A stretch of 63,665 nucleotides of DNA, filler included, from Sphacelaria rigidula (Eukaryota): assembly GCA_964200075.2 (NCBI GenBank). It is 7 parts of 7 records of this genome, joined end to end, with 100 filler letters (N's around TTAATTAATTAA, not from the genome) between each part and the next. Parts side by side here need not be neighbours in the genome. Positions count along the whole stretch, not along the records: positions 9,111 to 18,120 come from CAXNAA020009523.1; positions 18,221 to 27,230 come from CAXNAA020009524.1; 5 more parts are not named here. One strand, given 5' to 3'. This document shows, piece by piece, positions 12,387 to 25,675 of the stretch. The notes below the pieces were generated by a model, which saw only the letters and a program-made list of their open reading frames with translations, ran no database searches and had not been told where the DNA came from. How positions within the stretch are numbered: the first letter of the stretch is position 1; each line of letters starts with the position of its first letter. A program made the translations under genes and the position numbers.

Positions 12387-15300
12387 CGAGTAAAAAGAGA
12401 GTAGCGGCATAGATCTGCAAGTCCATCTGAGTGCCCCTTGCTGTTGGCAGTGAGGGTACGTGTAGTGAACAACAGCACAGCTAAGTATAATATATGGCTG
12501 CAGTAGTCACATATACACATGTACAGTGGGAGCGAGTATAATATATGGTGGGAGCGAGACCTGTTCATCCGTCCATAGGATCACGGGTGGTCAGTCGGGG
12601 GTGCCTGTAACCTCAAATTCGGACGTGACATACGTTGTGCGACATACGTAACGTCCGAATTTGAGGTTACAGGAACCGCATTGGCCACTTTCATATGAAA
12701 ACCCTTCCTCGCTGGCTTCGGTAACCGTGTGCGTGATATGAGTGCTCATGTACCTGTGCTGTTGTCCAACTGTGGTAGCTCCCCCGGCATATAAGATAAT
12801 CCGGCACTTTCCTGGGGAGGGTGCACTGAGAAGAAAGACGGTGCTGGGGGAAATAGCATTCCGTAATCTCATCGTCCTTCAAATATACGGAGTTTATACT
12901 TCCTCCGTGCCCGAAGTAAAGTCCGCTATGGGGGCAGATCGTATATCGCCCACGGAGTTGCCCACGATGCTCTAGTTATAGTGGGGTTTTTTCAAAAGCT
13001 GTTGATGTCTTGATGTTCGGTAAAGAAAAAAAAATCTGAGCCGAAATTACTGAGAATTAGTGGGTCAAACATGGCCAGATTTCGACCAAATTTCGCCAAT
13101 CTGTACATTGTCGGCCGAGTTTCGATGAATTTGGCTTGTTTTGAAGTAATTGAAAGCTGCAATGTAAACGAGTGGTTTTTGACTAGGCGTAGCTATCGTA
13201 TGCCAGCGATGAACCGGAGAAAAAGAGCCAGTGAAGAGTTTTCTCGCGATTTTGGCGTTCTTCGGGTGGCCAAGGTTCTTTCTTCTCTGTCTTGAGAAAA
13301 GGGGTGAAATGTGGCCATTTGGGCGGCGACTGATCGTTTATCGGCGATTCGGGCACGCCGGCTGCTGCGCAAACAGGGGGGGGTAGACGCGATTCCACTC
13401 GAAAAACACTGGAGATTAATGTACATACAAGGGGTCCGGCGGCTTCCGCCGCCATGCTCAATGAGATCGACAGCCAAGGTACATGAGAACCGGTCATCGT
13501 AGCTCGCATTGCGTAATGGCACAGGTCATAGTTTCAAGTGGAGTATTTTCCGCTGCGTGCGTACGAGCTGGGCCAGCCTAGAAACTGATTGAGGCTCTCA
13601 AAGCAACATCTCATCGACGAGAATTCATATGAAACCCCGAATGATGCAATCAGCGGATGTCAACGGTTTTCAGTCTGGACATTCCCCGGAGCACTGGGAG
13701 ACGATAGATATCCTCACGTTCACCTAATTCGTCATCTATCTCGAGATATGGCGCACGTAAGGCTCCATACAAAAATCGATATCGCATCTCAGTTTCCGAG
13801 AGTTGTGCTATGAAATTCCATATGGAGAGCCGCTAGTGCATAATAAGCTAAAAAACACCTCTTTCATTTATTTATTTTTTCATTTATTTCGGGTCGTTAG
13901 GGCAGTTTTGAGGAGAAATGAACACTGCTCTCCGGCCTTATCTCATTTGTTTAGCTTAATTCCTAGAGTTGTGATTTGAAACTTAGGATGAAGGACCGCA
14001 GAGGTATGCTGAATGAAAAAATAGGCCTTCGTTTTTTGGGGGGGGGAGAGGCTCGGGCGTTCTCGTAAAAAATGGTCGTTCCCACGCTAAAACGCCCTAC
14101 TAAATCAGTGAGAAATAAATAAGTACGAACCTGACCCATTTGTTTGGTTCATTATCCCCTAGCGAGATCCCGCACGAAGTTTAAATACACAAACACCAAA
14201 CGTGGGCCGGTAAGTGGCCTGCAAAATGCTGTTCCGAATTTCAACCGACCCCGATTCGAATTTCAGCCGACGAATGGGCGTGCAAACTACAAATCCGCCT
14301 CTAGGCTGGCCCAGCTCGTATGGTGACATATGTCCCGGGGGCAGGATATGAAAAAGCGGTTTATTGATGTATAATCGCACCTGCAGGAACGGGCAGCGAC
14401 AACCTCCACCGTCGAAGAACACACACGAAGACACGCATTCACGTTCTCCACACACAGCAACAAATAGGAAACATCGTACACCGTCGACGAACACACACCC
14501 GGGAACACTCGTACCATGAGACAAAATATTATTGCGCCGCCCAATCATCCGAGGACACAAAGACTTGTGACGGACACACGCCAGTGTTCGCAACCGTGAG
14601 TCCAGCACTATTGCACCGCAAAAACGCCCGTAACCGCAGTGACTATCGACATTTTCAACCCCACATCACGATAGAGGTATCTCAAACTCGGCTCCCGGTA
14701 TCCTGGTTTGTTTTGTTCTATTTTTTCAAGTGAAAGTGATGCCGATTCATCAGATGATGAGACCGTTTGACTGCCAGGTCGGGTCCTCTCATGAATCGCG
14801 ATCACTTTCACTTGAAAAAGCAGGGCACAACTCATAGTACGCAATACACTGCCGGGAAAGCGGTGCTCCTGAAACCTCCTGCAGCGAAATGTCTAGCGGA
14901 ATGGACGCGGAAGGCGTGTACTGTGATAGTGTGAAATTAAGTAATGCTTGTAAGAGATTGACAGAACCGGGCAGGGTCGGCAGGCCTTCAATGAAATTCT
15001 GGAGCCCGACGCATAAAATGTTCAACCCTTCGACAGCGAGAGCAGGTCATCTGTTGAATCGGCATCAATAATCACTTGAGAAAAGTGTGGACTACGTTCG
15101 GGGTCTAAGGGTTGAACTTGAGGATCCCCGCGGGGCATGATAAAAACTAACAATAAACAGTTGCAACCGGGTATGTTCGGGGAAAAACTGGGCAGATTAC
15201 AAACAGAGCACACGAGAGGCGACATCCCCCGCGGCGCATGATAAAAACTAACAATAAACAGTTGCAACCGGGCATGTTGGGGAAAAACCTGAGCAGAATA

Positions 15301-18098
15301 CAAACAGAGCACACGAGAAGCCACATCCCCCGCGGCGCATGATAAAAACTAACAAAAAACAGTTGCAACCGGATATGTTCGGGAAACAGCTGAGCAGAAT
15401 ACAAACAGAGCACACGAAAAGCCACATCCAGTCGGCGCCACGCGGGCAGAGACGTTGAGAAATTTCGCGACTCATAATAGCACAGACGTTCTGCTCTGTA
15501 CACTGGGAGAGTTCGCGACTCGTGCTCGCCGTCATCTAAAAGCAAGTGAAAGCAGTGCACCTGTCTCAGAGCTTCTGGCAACGATTCTGACAGTAATAAA
15601 CGTACAGAAAGGCGGGGCGATTGAAAGGCCTGTAGGGGTCTACCGCCACGCCGAGGAAAAAATTAAGCGATGCTCCCGAATCCTCCTGAAGGGAAATCAT
15701 GTAATGCTGCCTTGCTTGAAATGTAATGCTGCCTCATCGGAGCTCGAGAGAACGTAATGACCCCGTTTCGCAGTACTCGTGCTCGCCTCCCTGTGCTTCT
15801 GAGAACGACCGAATGACACCATTTCGCCATACTCTAAAATCAAGTAAGAGGCAATACTGCGTTCTCAGAGCTTCTGGGAGGATGAAATGGGCGCGAGAAA
15901 AGGTACTCTGAAATCAAGTGAAAAAGATGAAAACCTCTTCAACGTCGAAAAATATAAATGAATTAATTGATATATCGCCTACGGCATTGGACACGGTTAA
16001 CGGTCCCTGTGATCATAACGAAGTTAACTTATGGCACAGAGGACGTAGCTCAACCCATGTATTAAATTTATTCAATACATGGTCGCTTTCAGTATTGACC
16101 GATCAATGCCTGCGTAGTTATTGGTTCCGGCCTTGGTTCCAGTGCGGTCAATAATAAGTTGGGTTCAGTGTGCTGCGCACAAACCGCTTGCCTCGGCCTG
16201 TGCTTGTTGGTGTGCACAAATATTGTACCCGTGTAATGTCGCCATTATCCATGGTATTCCGGGGGTACCCGCTCCTGAAAACTTGCCCCTCCACCCCTCT
16301 CACACCCCCTCAGCCTCGCCCATGACGATTTTTTCCTAAATGTGGGGCTGTTACTCCTTGCCCGGCAGTTGGGACAGGGTTGCTTGTGTCGACCCCACCG
16401 AGTGGGTCGTGTCCCTGGGCGAATACTGCATAAAGAGGGGGGGGGGAACAACCACCGCATCTGCGGCTTGCCTACGAATGGTCTATGTATCAGGTTTTGA
16501 AACTCGAAGGTGTAGTCTCGGAAACGTGAGCTGAGCGTGGCGATATGATTGGGCAAGCCCTGGCATCTTGCCGGGTCAGCTCTTCATATAGTTTTTTACA
16601 ACTCCAACACAACGGAGAGTAAATTCAAACATGTTTTGAACAACATTCAAATGAATGCCCCTGGTCGTTCGCAGGTCATACCAGGTGGAGTGGAATGGGG
16701 TTGAGGCTGAGACGCGGTTCGACATCGACCTGACATACTGTGGCTCTTACTCCTTCTGCTTCGATGTGAGTGTCCTCGAATGCGGTATGTTCTTGTGGTC
16801 GTAGGTTTCTGTGTGTTGGACATATTGAATGCTTGACACGTCCCGCACTGGCACTGATCGTTGTTCGGGGGGAGACATGGTATACCGTACAGTGGCCAGA
16901 ACGGCACCAAAGTGGCCGGGATTGGCAACGGGCCGCCCGAAAAGATCAAACTGGCGGAGAACAGTAGAGATGAGTAAGTACACCTTGCCGATGTGGGCCA
17001 TGGCAGTGTGCAGGACAGTTTCACGAATATCCCGCTCGCTTTCCGTTTCCATTGATGTTGAAAAAGAGTACAGTAGCTAGATGTGTGACCGGGACAACCA
17101 ACTGAAATCAAGTAGAATGCTAGGTCGTGGGCCGCGAAAAGAACTCGCTGACCAGCCACCTTCCCGCAACCAAAATCTAGCAGGATGGCTTTCCCAGCCA
17201 CTGCATTTGATTTTTGCGCGTGGAAGTCCGCGCGCTGCTGGTGGTTGCCCGTATTGGGTCATTCCAGTGGCAGTATTTTCGTAACCTGCGTACTGCATCG
17301 TCGCATAGGTCTATCTTGCCGAAATACAGTACCTTCGCCGAAGATGGTGCAAGGTGGAGTTTTTCAACCGCCCACCCTATGTACACCTCAAACCGTCCGT
17401 GCACTCATATACACACAGGAGAACTGCGGCTTCCTCCTAGACCCGTTGTGTCCTGAGGCCGAGGGCTGTGCGCAGAACACGAACGGAGGCTACGAGGTGG
17501 TCATGCCAGAGCCGTTATCAGGGGTTTCGAGCAACGGCTACAGGGTACGAATTGCGGAAGTTGGCGGCCAGGCCAGGGTTCGATGCTCCGATGACTTCTA
17601 CGTGATGGCGTCTGCAGACGTCGCGGAGCTTGGCGAAGCTGGGGGGGCGTCAATCGAGATTCTTTCTCCTACGGCGGACGACGTGGCGGTTTCTGGGGAG
17701 GAGTACACGGTCCAGGTGTGCCATTTTGAGCGATCTCTCCTGAGGCTAGACCATTGCAGCACACCACGAAACAGCGGGCATACTGCGTCCACACTCTTTA
17801 TTTTTCCTTTCTTTCAGGTGCGTTTGCCCTGTGTTTTGTCGAACGTTTTTGAGTACACTCTGTTGTCTTCCCATCTCCATTTGCTGCTTCAATGTCCTCG
17901 TGTTTCTTGCTCCCTCCACCTGCCTGCTTGCTTTTCGCCTGAATCAGTTCGACTACTCCAACGGACTCGGAAGCGAGACGGGACGCTTCAAGATCGATCT
18001 CTACTTTCAAGCATCTGTAGAGAGCCCCTTGCAGGGCGACTGCGGTCAGTGGGTCGGCTCTATCTGCGACAGGCCCGACATCGGCTGCAGAGACACCC
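12220..18098 (+). CDS. Secreted Cys-containing protein with tandem Ig-like (Kre9/Knh1 N-terminal-like) repeats, brown-algal family; exons 12220-12320, 16675-16765, 17419-17715, 17948-18098; 3' end missing
   Basis: Canonical GT-AG junctions join in frame: signal peptide, LTVTAP..VAGRSYQVEW..RFDIDLTYCG..CG..LCP..GC..GGYEVVMP..YRVRI..CSDDF, then a second repeat ILSPT..VSGEEYTVQFDY..RFKIDLY..DCG.WV.SICD..GCRDT; fold assignment recalled from similar Ectocarpus proteins. Confidence 0.8.
12604..12673. repeat. Perfect 23-bp stem hairpin in intron 1
   Basis: cctgtaacctcaaattcggacgt (12604-12626) and acgtccgaatttgaggttacagg (12651-12673). Confidence 0.9.
13564..14318. mobile_element. Complete non-autonomous Tc1/mariner-type element (MITE), TIR CGAGCTGGGCCAGCCTAGA, TA target duplication
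   Basis: TA|cgagctgggccagcctaga at 13562 and tctaggctggcccagctcg|TA ending at 14320; no transposase ORF. Confidence 0.88.
15124..15430 (+). repeat. Tandem repeat, ~100-bp unit x3
   Basis: Unit atccccgcgg(c/g)gcatgataaaaactaacaataaacagttgcaaccgg...tacaaacagagcac occurs three times. Confidence 0.9.
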
Positions 18099-20081
18099 GT
18101 GAGTACCTCCAAGTAGTACTNNNNNNNNNNNNNNNNNNNNNNNNNNNNNNNNNNNNNNNNNNNNTTAATTAATTAANNNNNNNNNNNNNNNNNNNNNNNN
18201 NNNNNNNNNNNNNNNNNNNNGTGGTCAATGGTCAAATGACTAAGGCAAGCAACAAATGAGTACGCCCCCCCCCCACCCGGTACACACACCTTCCATTGTG
18301 ATATCGCGGGTCGGATCAGCACACGTCGACTCTAGGCAATCAATCCTATCCAGCCAAGCAAACCCGTTTTTACTGTTCATATCTTGACGCTTTCAATGAT
18401 GGAAGTGAGATAGTTTGCAGGAGAAAACAGTCGACACTAAAGCGCATCAGGTGAAAATGAAACACACATTATTTCCGACCTAACGGTGTCACTCGTACCA
18501 TTAGACAAGCCACAAGGAAGCGGCGGTTGTTGTAGGCAACCGATTTCTATTTGAGAGACAAACCTTGTACATCTGGATCAAACACCAACCTGGCAGGTGA
18601 CCCGGGGGGTTCCCAATCCGTCATGCGTTGCACTGAATGACGATATTTTGCATTCGTCTCACAATAAATCCAAACCGTATCGCCCACCTACGACTAAACT
18701 ATCATCCGCAATAGGTGAAAAATCACATATACGGTGAAAACGTGAATTTCCTCGATAGACACGTGTGGATGTCACCCCTCCTATATGGTGGTATCCACAT
18801 CACCCTCCTCCCCACCCCCCACCCCCTTATGAGCCTCTTCGTATGTTTCTTGACGAGAGAAGGGTTGCTGAGGTAATTAACCCTTTCCGCCAGCTGGCGG
18901 TAAGGACATGTGCACGCCTTTCTTCACATGTGTTGGCGCGGGTGTTGGGTTGTCAAGACAACGAATCTTCTCGGCAAGGCTTTCTCGTGAGTTTGTGAAC
19001 TCTGCATGACAGTCGCCAAACAGTTTTTCTTGTCCCCCAAATTGATGGCGATTGATGACGTTGTATTTCACGCGTAGCTTTGGGGATTTTGTCTTGTCGT
19101 GACGTTGGTGAGGCACTCTCTGCTGTTCATGAAGCCTACAGACATTTGTCATGGTGTCGCCAATGTGATAGGGTGATTACTCTCGGTAGAAAATTCTCGG
19201 AATTCTCCCTTTTATGTGGTACAGTGCCTTCCGTTCCACGTGGGCACGGCGTAAGTTGGGATTTTTCTCGCGGATACTCTTCGATAGAGCTCGAATTTGC
19301 TAGCGTCGGTAGATTTTGGTGAAATTAACCGATCGTTTTCCACCCGCAGTGCCCAAGCTAGTGTTAGTTGGTGTTATCGCGCGATACGAGTAGATACCCC
19401 GTTCATCAGGAGGCTGTTATTGACCGTGAAACACAGTTACTTGGCTCTAGCGCAATGAGTAGGTGAAAAAAAAAAGTCGTTTCACTTTTTCACAGATACG
19501 ATCGGGATAGGCTTGATCAACCGAAAATACGGAAGAGTCAGAATCTGGGCTGAGAAGTGGCAGGACCCCCGATGACCGGTCAGCCGGTAAGTCACTCGAT
19601 ATTGAGTGAAGATATTCTTCGTCTCTTGGAAGTGGAGTGGACACTAGTATCTTCAGATTCCCAATGTGATGAGCGGTGGCAAGCGAAATCACCAGAGAAA
19701 ATCGCCAATTACGAAGAAATTGCCAAATGTCTCACTTCGAACGGAAGGTACTGTAGCATAGTACTAACCACACTGCCGATTAATGTGGGCACCACACGGA
19801 ACGTTCCGTATAGTACACAAGTGGCAGAAGATATATATATATATATATATATATGCTACACGTGCAATGGATATAGATATATTATCCTCTGTCTCCACCT
19901 GTTTCCTGTTCTACAAAGATGGAGACACGGAACAAAGGGCCTGTACCAGTTGACGCTCGTCACTAGCCACACGTAGACAAGCTATTTCGGACGACCCGCC
20001 ATCGAGTTTGGCGTTCAGCGAGCTTTGAGGGGTTCCCTCTCCTTCGCGACACAGTCAACTAAAATGTCAATTACGACGTAC

Positions 20082-20507
20082 CTCGCCAATCAGCTCATCC
20101 CCGGGGAACCGGTTCCGTATGGCATCGAAGATGAGCTTCTCGTTTGCCTTGTCTGTCTCCGTGACCCTGCCGACGAAACATGTGAGACGGGAAAGCGTAT
20201 TGCAGCACATCACGGCGTGGGCACCGGCATGGAGGTGACACCAACAGATCGCCTTCGATGTTGCTCTCGCGCCACGACTCCATCCGCTCATAAGATGTCG
20301 TTGACTTGAACGCTGTCATATTCGAATTTCAGGTGATGGTCACTATCGTCACGGTCACGAGATTCCACCGGACTGTCCCGGTCGCGGACTCAAACCCCCA
20401 TGACACCGGTACTTTTACAATTTCCCCTTTATACCGGGGGAGACATGGGTTGATCCCTTGAAACGACGAACTCATATCAGGGAAGGGGAGGGGTTCAAAG
20501 TGCGACA

Positions 20508-20582
<75 letters not shown>

Positions 20583-23500
20583 TAATAAGCGGTGCGATAA
20601 TGACACTCAACACGAATTTTATGGCTTGTATGCGCGTAACACAACGAGGCTCGGAGATCAGCTTGCAATACCTGGACGAGTCGCAGACGGTGGATCCTTC
20701 GAGGTACAGTATAATGCTGTATTCGTTTTACTCTACAAGGCAGAAAAGGGTGAAAAAAGCGGACAGAAAACCCCGCGCCGTGCCTACGCACTGACAATCA
20801 TGCCCGGCAAAAACAAATTTCACGATCCACGGAGATTCGAGTGTGTCGTTTCGTTGTGTGCTGTATTCTTGTACAAATACGTAGGAAGCTGAGTAGGGTT
20901 GCTCATCAACTAAATAATCACGGGTGATTATGATTAAAAAGTTGATTTTATTGTGTATCAACATCGCATCAACTTTCCCGTGATTAGTTGATTGTCATCA
21001 ACTAATCAACAACAATCAAATCACAGATAATTACTCGATATATTGTTGATTAGTTGAGTATTTGGGGGAAAAGAGGAGGCGTTTGCGTCATGTAACGCCG
21101 TGTAACGCCATTTTTTGCCTGCGGCGCAACCAATTGACGGGGAGATATGTTTCTGACGGCCGACGGCAGCACGCAGCAGAGTGTGCGCCGCACAGCACAA
21201 CATTCCAGCAGGACGCTGAAAGTCATACACAACTCCATGAGTGGCGCGGCTAGCACAAGCGCAGGAGCCGCCTCCGCCTCCGGCGATGCGGGAAGTCCTC
21301 CCAACAGCAGTGAAATCCGCGCTGAAGGTGATGGACATACAGTCGACGATGCCGTAATGCTGCGAAGCTTCGACGAAGGCTCTGATGACGGCTCTGACTC
21401 TGACTTCGGTAAGGGCTTGCGCCCGGGCGGCGGCGATGGTGTCGACTCCGACGACGACGACAGCGGCGAATTTTCAGAGAGCGAAGAAGCGTCTCAACGG
21501 AGGCTTGAACATGAAGAATAGTCAGCCAAGGCACAGGCTAGCTGTTCTCAAGAGTTTATGCACGCCAGGTGGAAGTCGCCTGTTAAAAAAAAATCCCCAC
21601 TCTGGAATTGTTTTTTGCAAGGCGCGGACAAAGCACACGGGGACAACGCTCTGTGCAAGGTTTCTGGCTGTAATCAGAAAATTAGCGCCAAAGCGACCTC
21701 CAACCTAAGACAGCACATGAACGCCGAACACATGAAACACCCCCCGTGGGCCGACTTTCTCAAGCAGAAAGCACTTCAGAAAGAGGGGAAAATTCCTAAT
21801 GATAGAGGAGAAATTCAAAACTACTTCGTGGCTGATGAAGAGGCGAGGCACACCCGGCTCGTCCTTGGTTTCATTATCGGCGGGCACAAGCCGCTCACTG
21901 TCGTCGAAGAGCCGGAGTTCCAGAAAATGCTCCGTGGCTTCACGAAAAGGCGGGACCTCATTGTCCCGTCTCGAGCGAGCGTTGGGGATCTTCTGACCGA
22001 AAAGGCGATCGTCGCCCGGACGGGGCTAATGGGGATGATAAAGGGTCAACAACTGAGCATGACCTGCGATGGTTGGACTTCGGGTAACGAGATTCCGATG
22101 ATAGCCGTCACAGCGCACTGGATCGATGATGCTTGGAAAATGAAGTCGGCCTGCCTCGGTGCGTTTGAGGTCGCCGGATCTCACACTAGTGTCAGGTGAG
22201 AATCGCATTAGGTAGTACAGTACAAGTAACTCTTGTTTCATGTTCCTGACTCATTATCTCAAACACCAAAACAAAATGTGCGATGAAGCCGCACCTTATA
22301 GCGATATACGCTTTCGCGCGTGTCCTAACAACATGTCGCTGTCGATTGCTCTTCCGATTACGCAAGGCTCGCTGACGCTTTGAAAGGCGTCATGGCTCAG
22401 TACAACATTCGTCAGGAAGACATTACGGTGGTGACGACGGACACCGCGGCAAACCAGAAGAACGCGATCGTGGTTCAAACGAAAATGGCGTGGTTACCCT
22501 GCATCTGCCATGTGATGGAGTTGGTCATGGGCGTTCTCATGAAGCGCATGAGCAAGGTGCGATTGAAGTAGTGTGTCCAGACCTAAACTAAAGGCGTTGA
22601 GTCATAGAGCAAGAGGTATCACTTCCTCGTTACCCTGTCGACATCCAGATGCAGCTTGAAATTGGTTTATCGGGTGGACCTGGATGACCTGCAGCAGACA
22701 AACGCATCATACGTCATTCGCATCACGAAGGCAACCAATTATTTTCCACTTGTTCGTCGCTCGACCAAACATTCTGAATTCTTCCAGACTCTCGCCAAGG
22801 TTCATCGGATAATTGCCCACGTTCACCGTTCGCACGCGGCTAACACCAAGCTGCACGAAGCGCAGAAGGTCCATCAGCTGTCCCAGACCACCCTTCCCAC
22901 CCACGTGGCTACGAGGTGGTGGTCCACGACAACATCAGTTGTAGTATTCCTCAAAAACAAACGGGCGATTCTTCTGCTGTGCGAGTGGGCGACCACATTC
23001 CAGTCAAAGGAGAACATAGCTTCCTTGGAGGACGAAGAGTGGCAGGTACAGCTGTAGGATGTTCAAGATTGTAACCTGAGTCGGAAATGCTGTGAAGAGT
23101 CGCAATATTCTGACGCGCATCGTTTTAAGGGTCGACGACAAATGTGTTTCCAAAGCTTCAAGACTGGTATCAAAAGCTCCTCGCGCTTCTCACCTATTGC
23201 AGGTTCTTGCAGATGTCGAACCCATCTGCGTGAAGTGGGCACAGCTGCAGAAGCAGCTGGAGGCGGAAAAAAAGGTCACCATAAGCACCCTCGACTTAAT
23301 CGTCGACGACGCTTTCAACACGGTCTTCACCGCAAGCACCAACATGAACTTATGCGAGCAGGTGCCATCAGTTTCGTTCCTCGTTGATGTATCGACGCCA
23401 TGCTGTTCATGAGTACTGCTGAAGCCATGAAGCACCACAAATCGTGGGGAGAAAAAGTGTCGATTAGGTGTTGCTGCGAATACTACAACAGTTAAGTGTT

Positions 23501-25616
23501 CATGGCGTCACCGTTTACCACTCGTGCTATTTTCACCTTCCAGGCCAGGGAATGCGCCGAAGCCATGGAGGCTGATATGTACCAGCGGTTTCACCCCGAA
23601 GACGAGATCCGGAACATCTGAAGCAAGCTGCACAACGGCAACCCCCTACGGATCGCCCGCACGGCTTGCGTTCTTGACCCACGTACAAAGAGCTGCATGT
23701 GGGCCGACCTGAGCGACATGGAACCGTGAGTACAACGGCCAGATGTCTACGCGATACAAAGTAATCGCTTATTGTTATGCAATCAGTACTCCTTGTTATA
23801 GTGTATGCACTCAAATATATATATATATATATATTTAAGCATAATGTGAGAACAAGTATATCGTTCGGCTGCGTCAGCGATTGCTCAAACGTTTTCGTAG
23901 TGTTTTTTGCAGATGATGACTGATCGAGTGCTCGCCATCTTCTCTGTCCCAAACCAGTCTTTTTTTCGGCGAGGTAGCGAACCAGCTGGAAAGTGTCATC
24001 AGCGCGGAGGAAGCGAAACAAAGCAAGCCACCTTCACCACCAGAAGTCGCGGCGGTGGCCGTCCCGAGCGCGAAAAAGAAGAAAGAAAACCATGGCGGGT
24101 TGTCGATCACGAGCCTCATCGAGCAGGCAGCCGCGAGGAAGCAGGCTCAAAGAGACATGGACATGACGGATGCCGTTGCGGGCGGAGTCGTCTCTAGCCC
24201 AAGCAGCAAGAGGATGAAAAAGACAGCCGTTTCCAAAAGGATGCAGATCATGACTGAAGGGGGCCTCTATAAAGATGAAGCGGTTTCGGCGGATGACGTG
24301 GCCGAAGCAGGCGGTGCTCTGGGGTGGTGGGCGAAAGCCCAGCGGGTATATCCCCATATTGCAATCCTGGCTCGCAAGTACCTCGCGGTTCAAGCGTCAT
24401 CTGCTGCATCCGAGCGTGTGTTTTCTGTAGGCGGATTCGTGGTCACGAGGACCCGAAACCGCCTTAGTGGGGACCGGGTGGAAGACATTGTCTTCCTCCA
24501 CGAAAGCATGAAACATGATCTCTGGTAGACATCATACCGCTACCGTGGTGGAGATTGCTGCTGGGCTCTGGCACATGAACTTCTCTGTTCACGACGGACT
24601 GATCGTAATTGAAATAAATATTGTACCAATACTTGTTTTCAGTGCATAATATTTGCACATCATCATCACTTCAAGCAGCACACTGGACATACGTATAGGA
24701 ATACGAGTGGTTTTCATATATGCATAGATGTCCAGTGGGCATGTACGTATGTGGTGATAGTGTGGTAGTAGGTGCACTCCTGCGCACGTACGGACCCACG
24801 ATTTGGCACTTCGGCATTTACTTCGAGGTAGAAGAGTGTTACACTACACAGCCTTCTTGCTGCTGCAAACATGTTGCTTCAGGCGCATAGCACACGAAGT
24901 ACGACACAACGACCAGAGACAAACGAAGCGCGTGATGCCCATGCAGCTGGGATATTGAACCGAACACTGCTACTCTGAGCGTGCACATGCATTGGTGTGC
25001 GCGGTGAATGCTACCTACAGAAGGATCAGCTTCTGTGGCTCGTCCGCTGTTCAAAAGCTTGAAAAAAATTCAACAATCAATGATTAGTTGATTCAATTCC
25101 CGTGGAGTTGATTGTTTGATTATAGTCAAACAATCATGATTATATCAACACGATTTGGACCAAATAATCAAGAATCAAATCAACCCCCCCAAAACGTTGA
25201 TGAGCAACCCTAAAGCTGAGTGCTTGGACACAAGTACACTTAGCTGTAATGTACCAATACTAAAAATAGCGTAGACAATGTGCAGGTTGCCCGGCAATTT
25301 TTTATTTACTAAAATAATATCAAAATAGTCATTATAACGACAATAATAGTAGCAATAAGAACAAAAATAAAAGTACCATGTTGTTACTATTATATTACTT
25401 TATCACATTATCCCGTTCTCTCGGACCCATGGTCACAGGCATAGGCTCGCCTATTCTTACATAAAATACGCATTGACGTCGGTCGGTAACTGGATGCTGG
25501 GTGGTAATCACAACGTGTGTGCCTAAGGGGAAAAAACTGTCTGATGGGTCATGCGCTAGGGCATGATTTTTCGGGTGTGCAGTGAATGACGCGTTGTACT
25601 TACTGCAGCTCCAATT

Positions 25617-25675
<59 letters not shown>

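Noticed and set aside
17185..18102. 305-aa ORF as a single CDS
   Set aside because: Only 17419-17715 is exon; the rest is intron read-through and the next exon is in another frame
20025..20309. Plus-strand ORF MSITTYLANQLIPGEP...
   Set aside because: It is the antisense shadow of the IMPase exon 20166-20082
18098..20400. Continuation of the secreted-protein gene past the gap
   Set aside because: A linker separates unrelated contigs and no matching GDYD-type exon is present
21519..23621. Stop-codon reassignment or selenocysteine readthrough in the transposase
   Set aside because: Two different stops (TAG and TGA) are involved and host genes here end normally at TAA/TGA; simple mutation is more parsimonious
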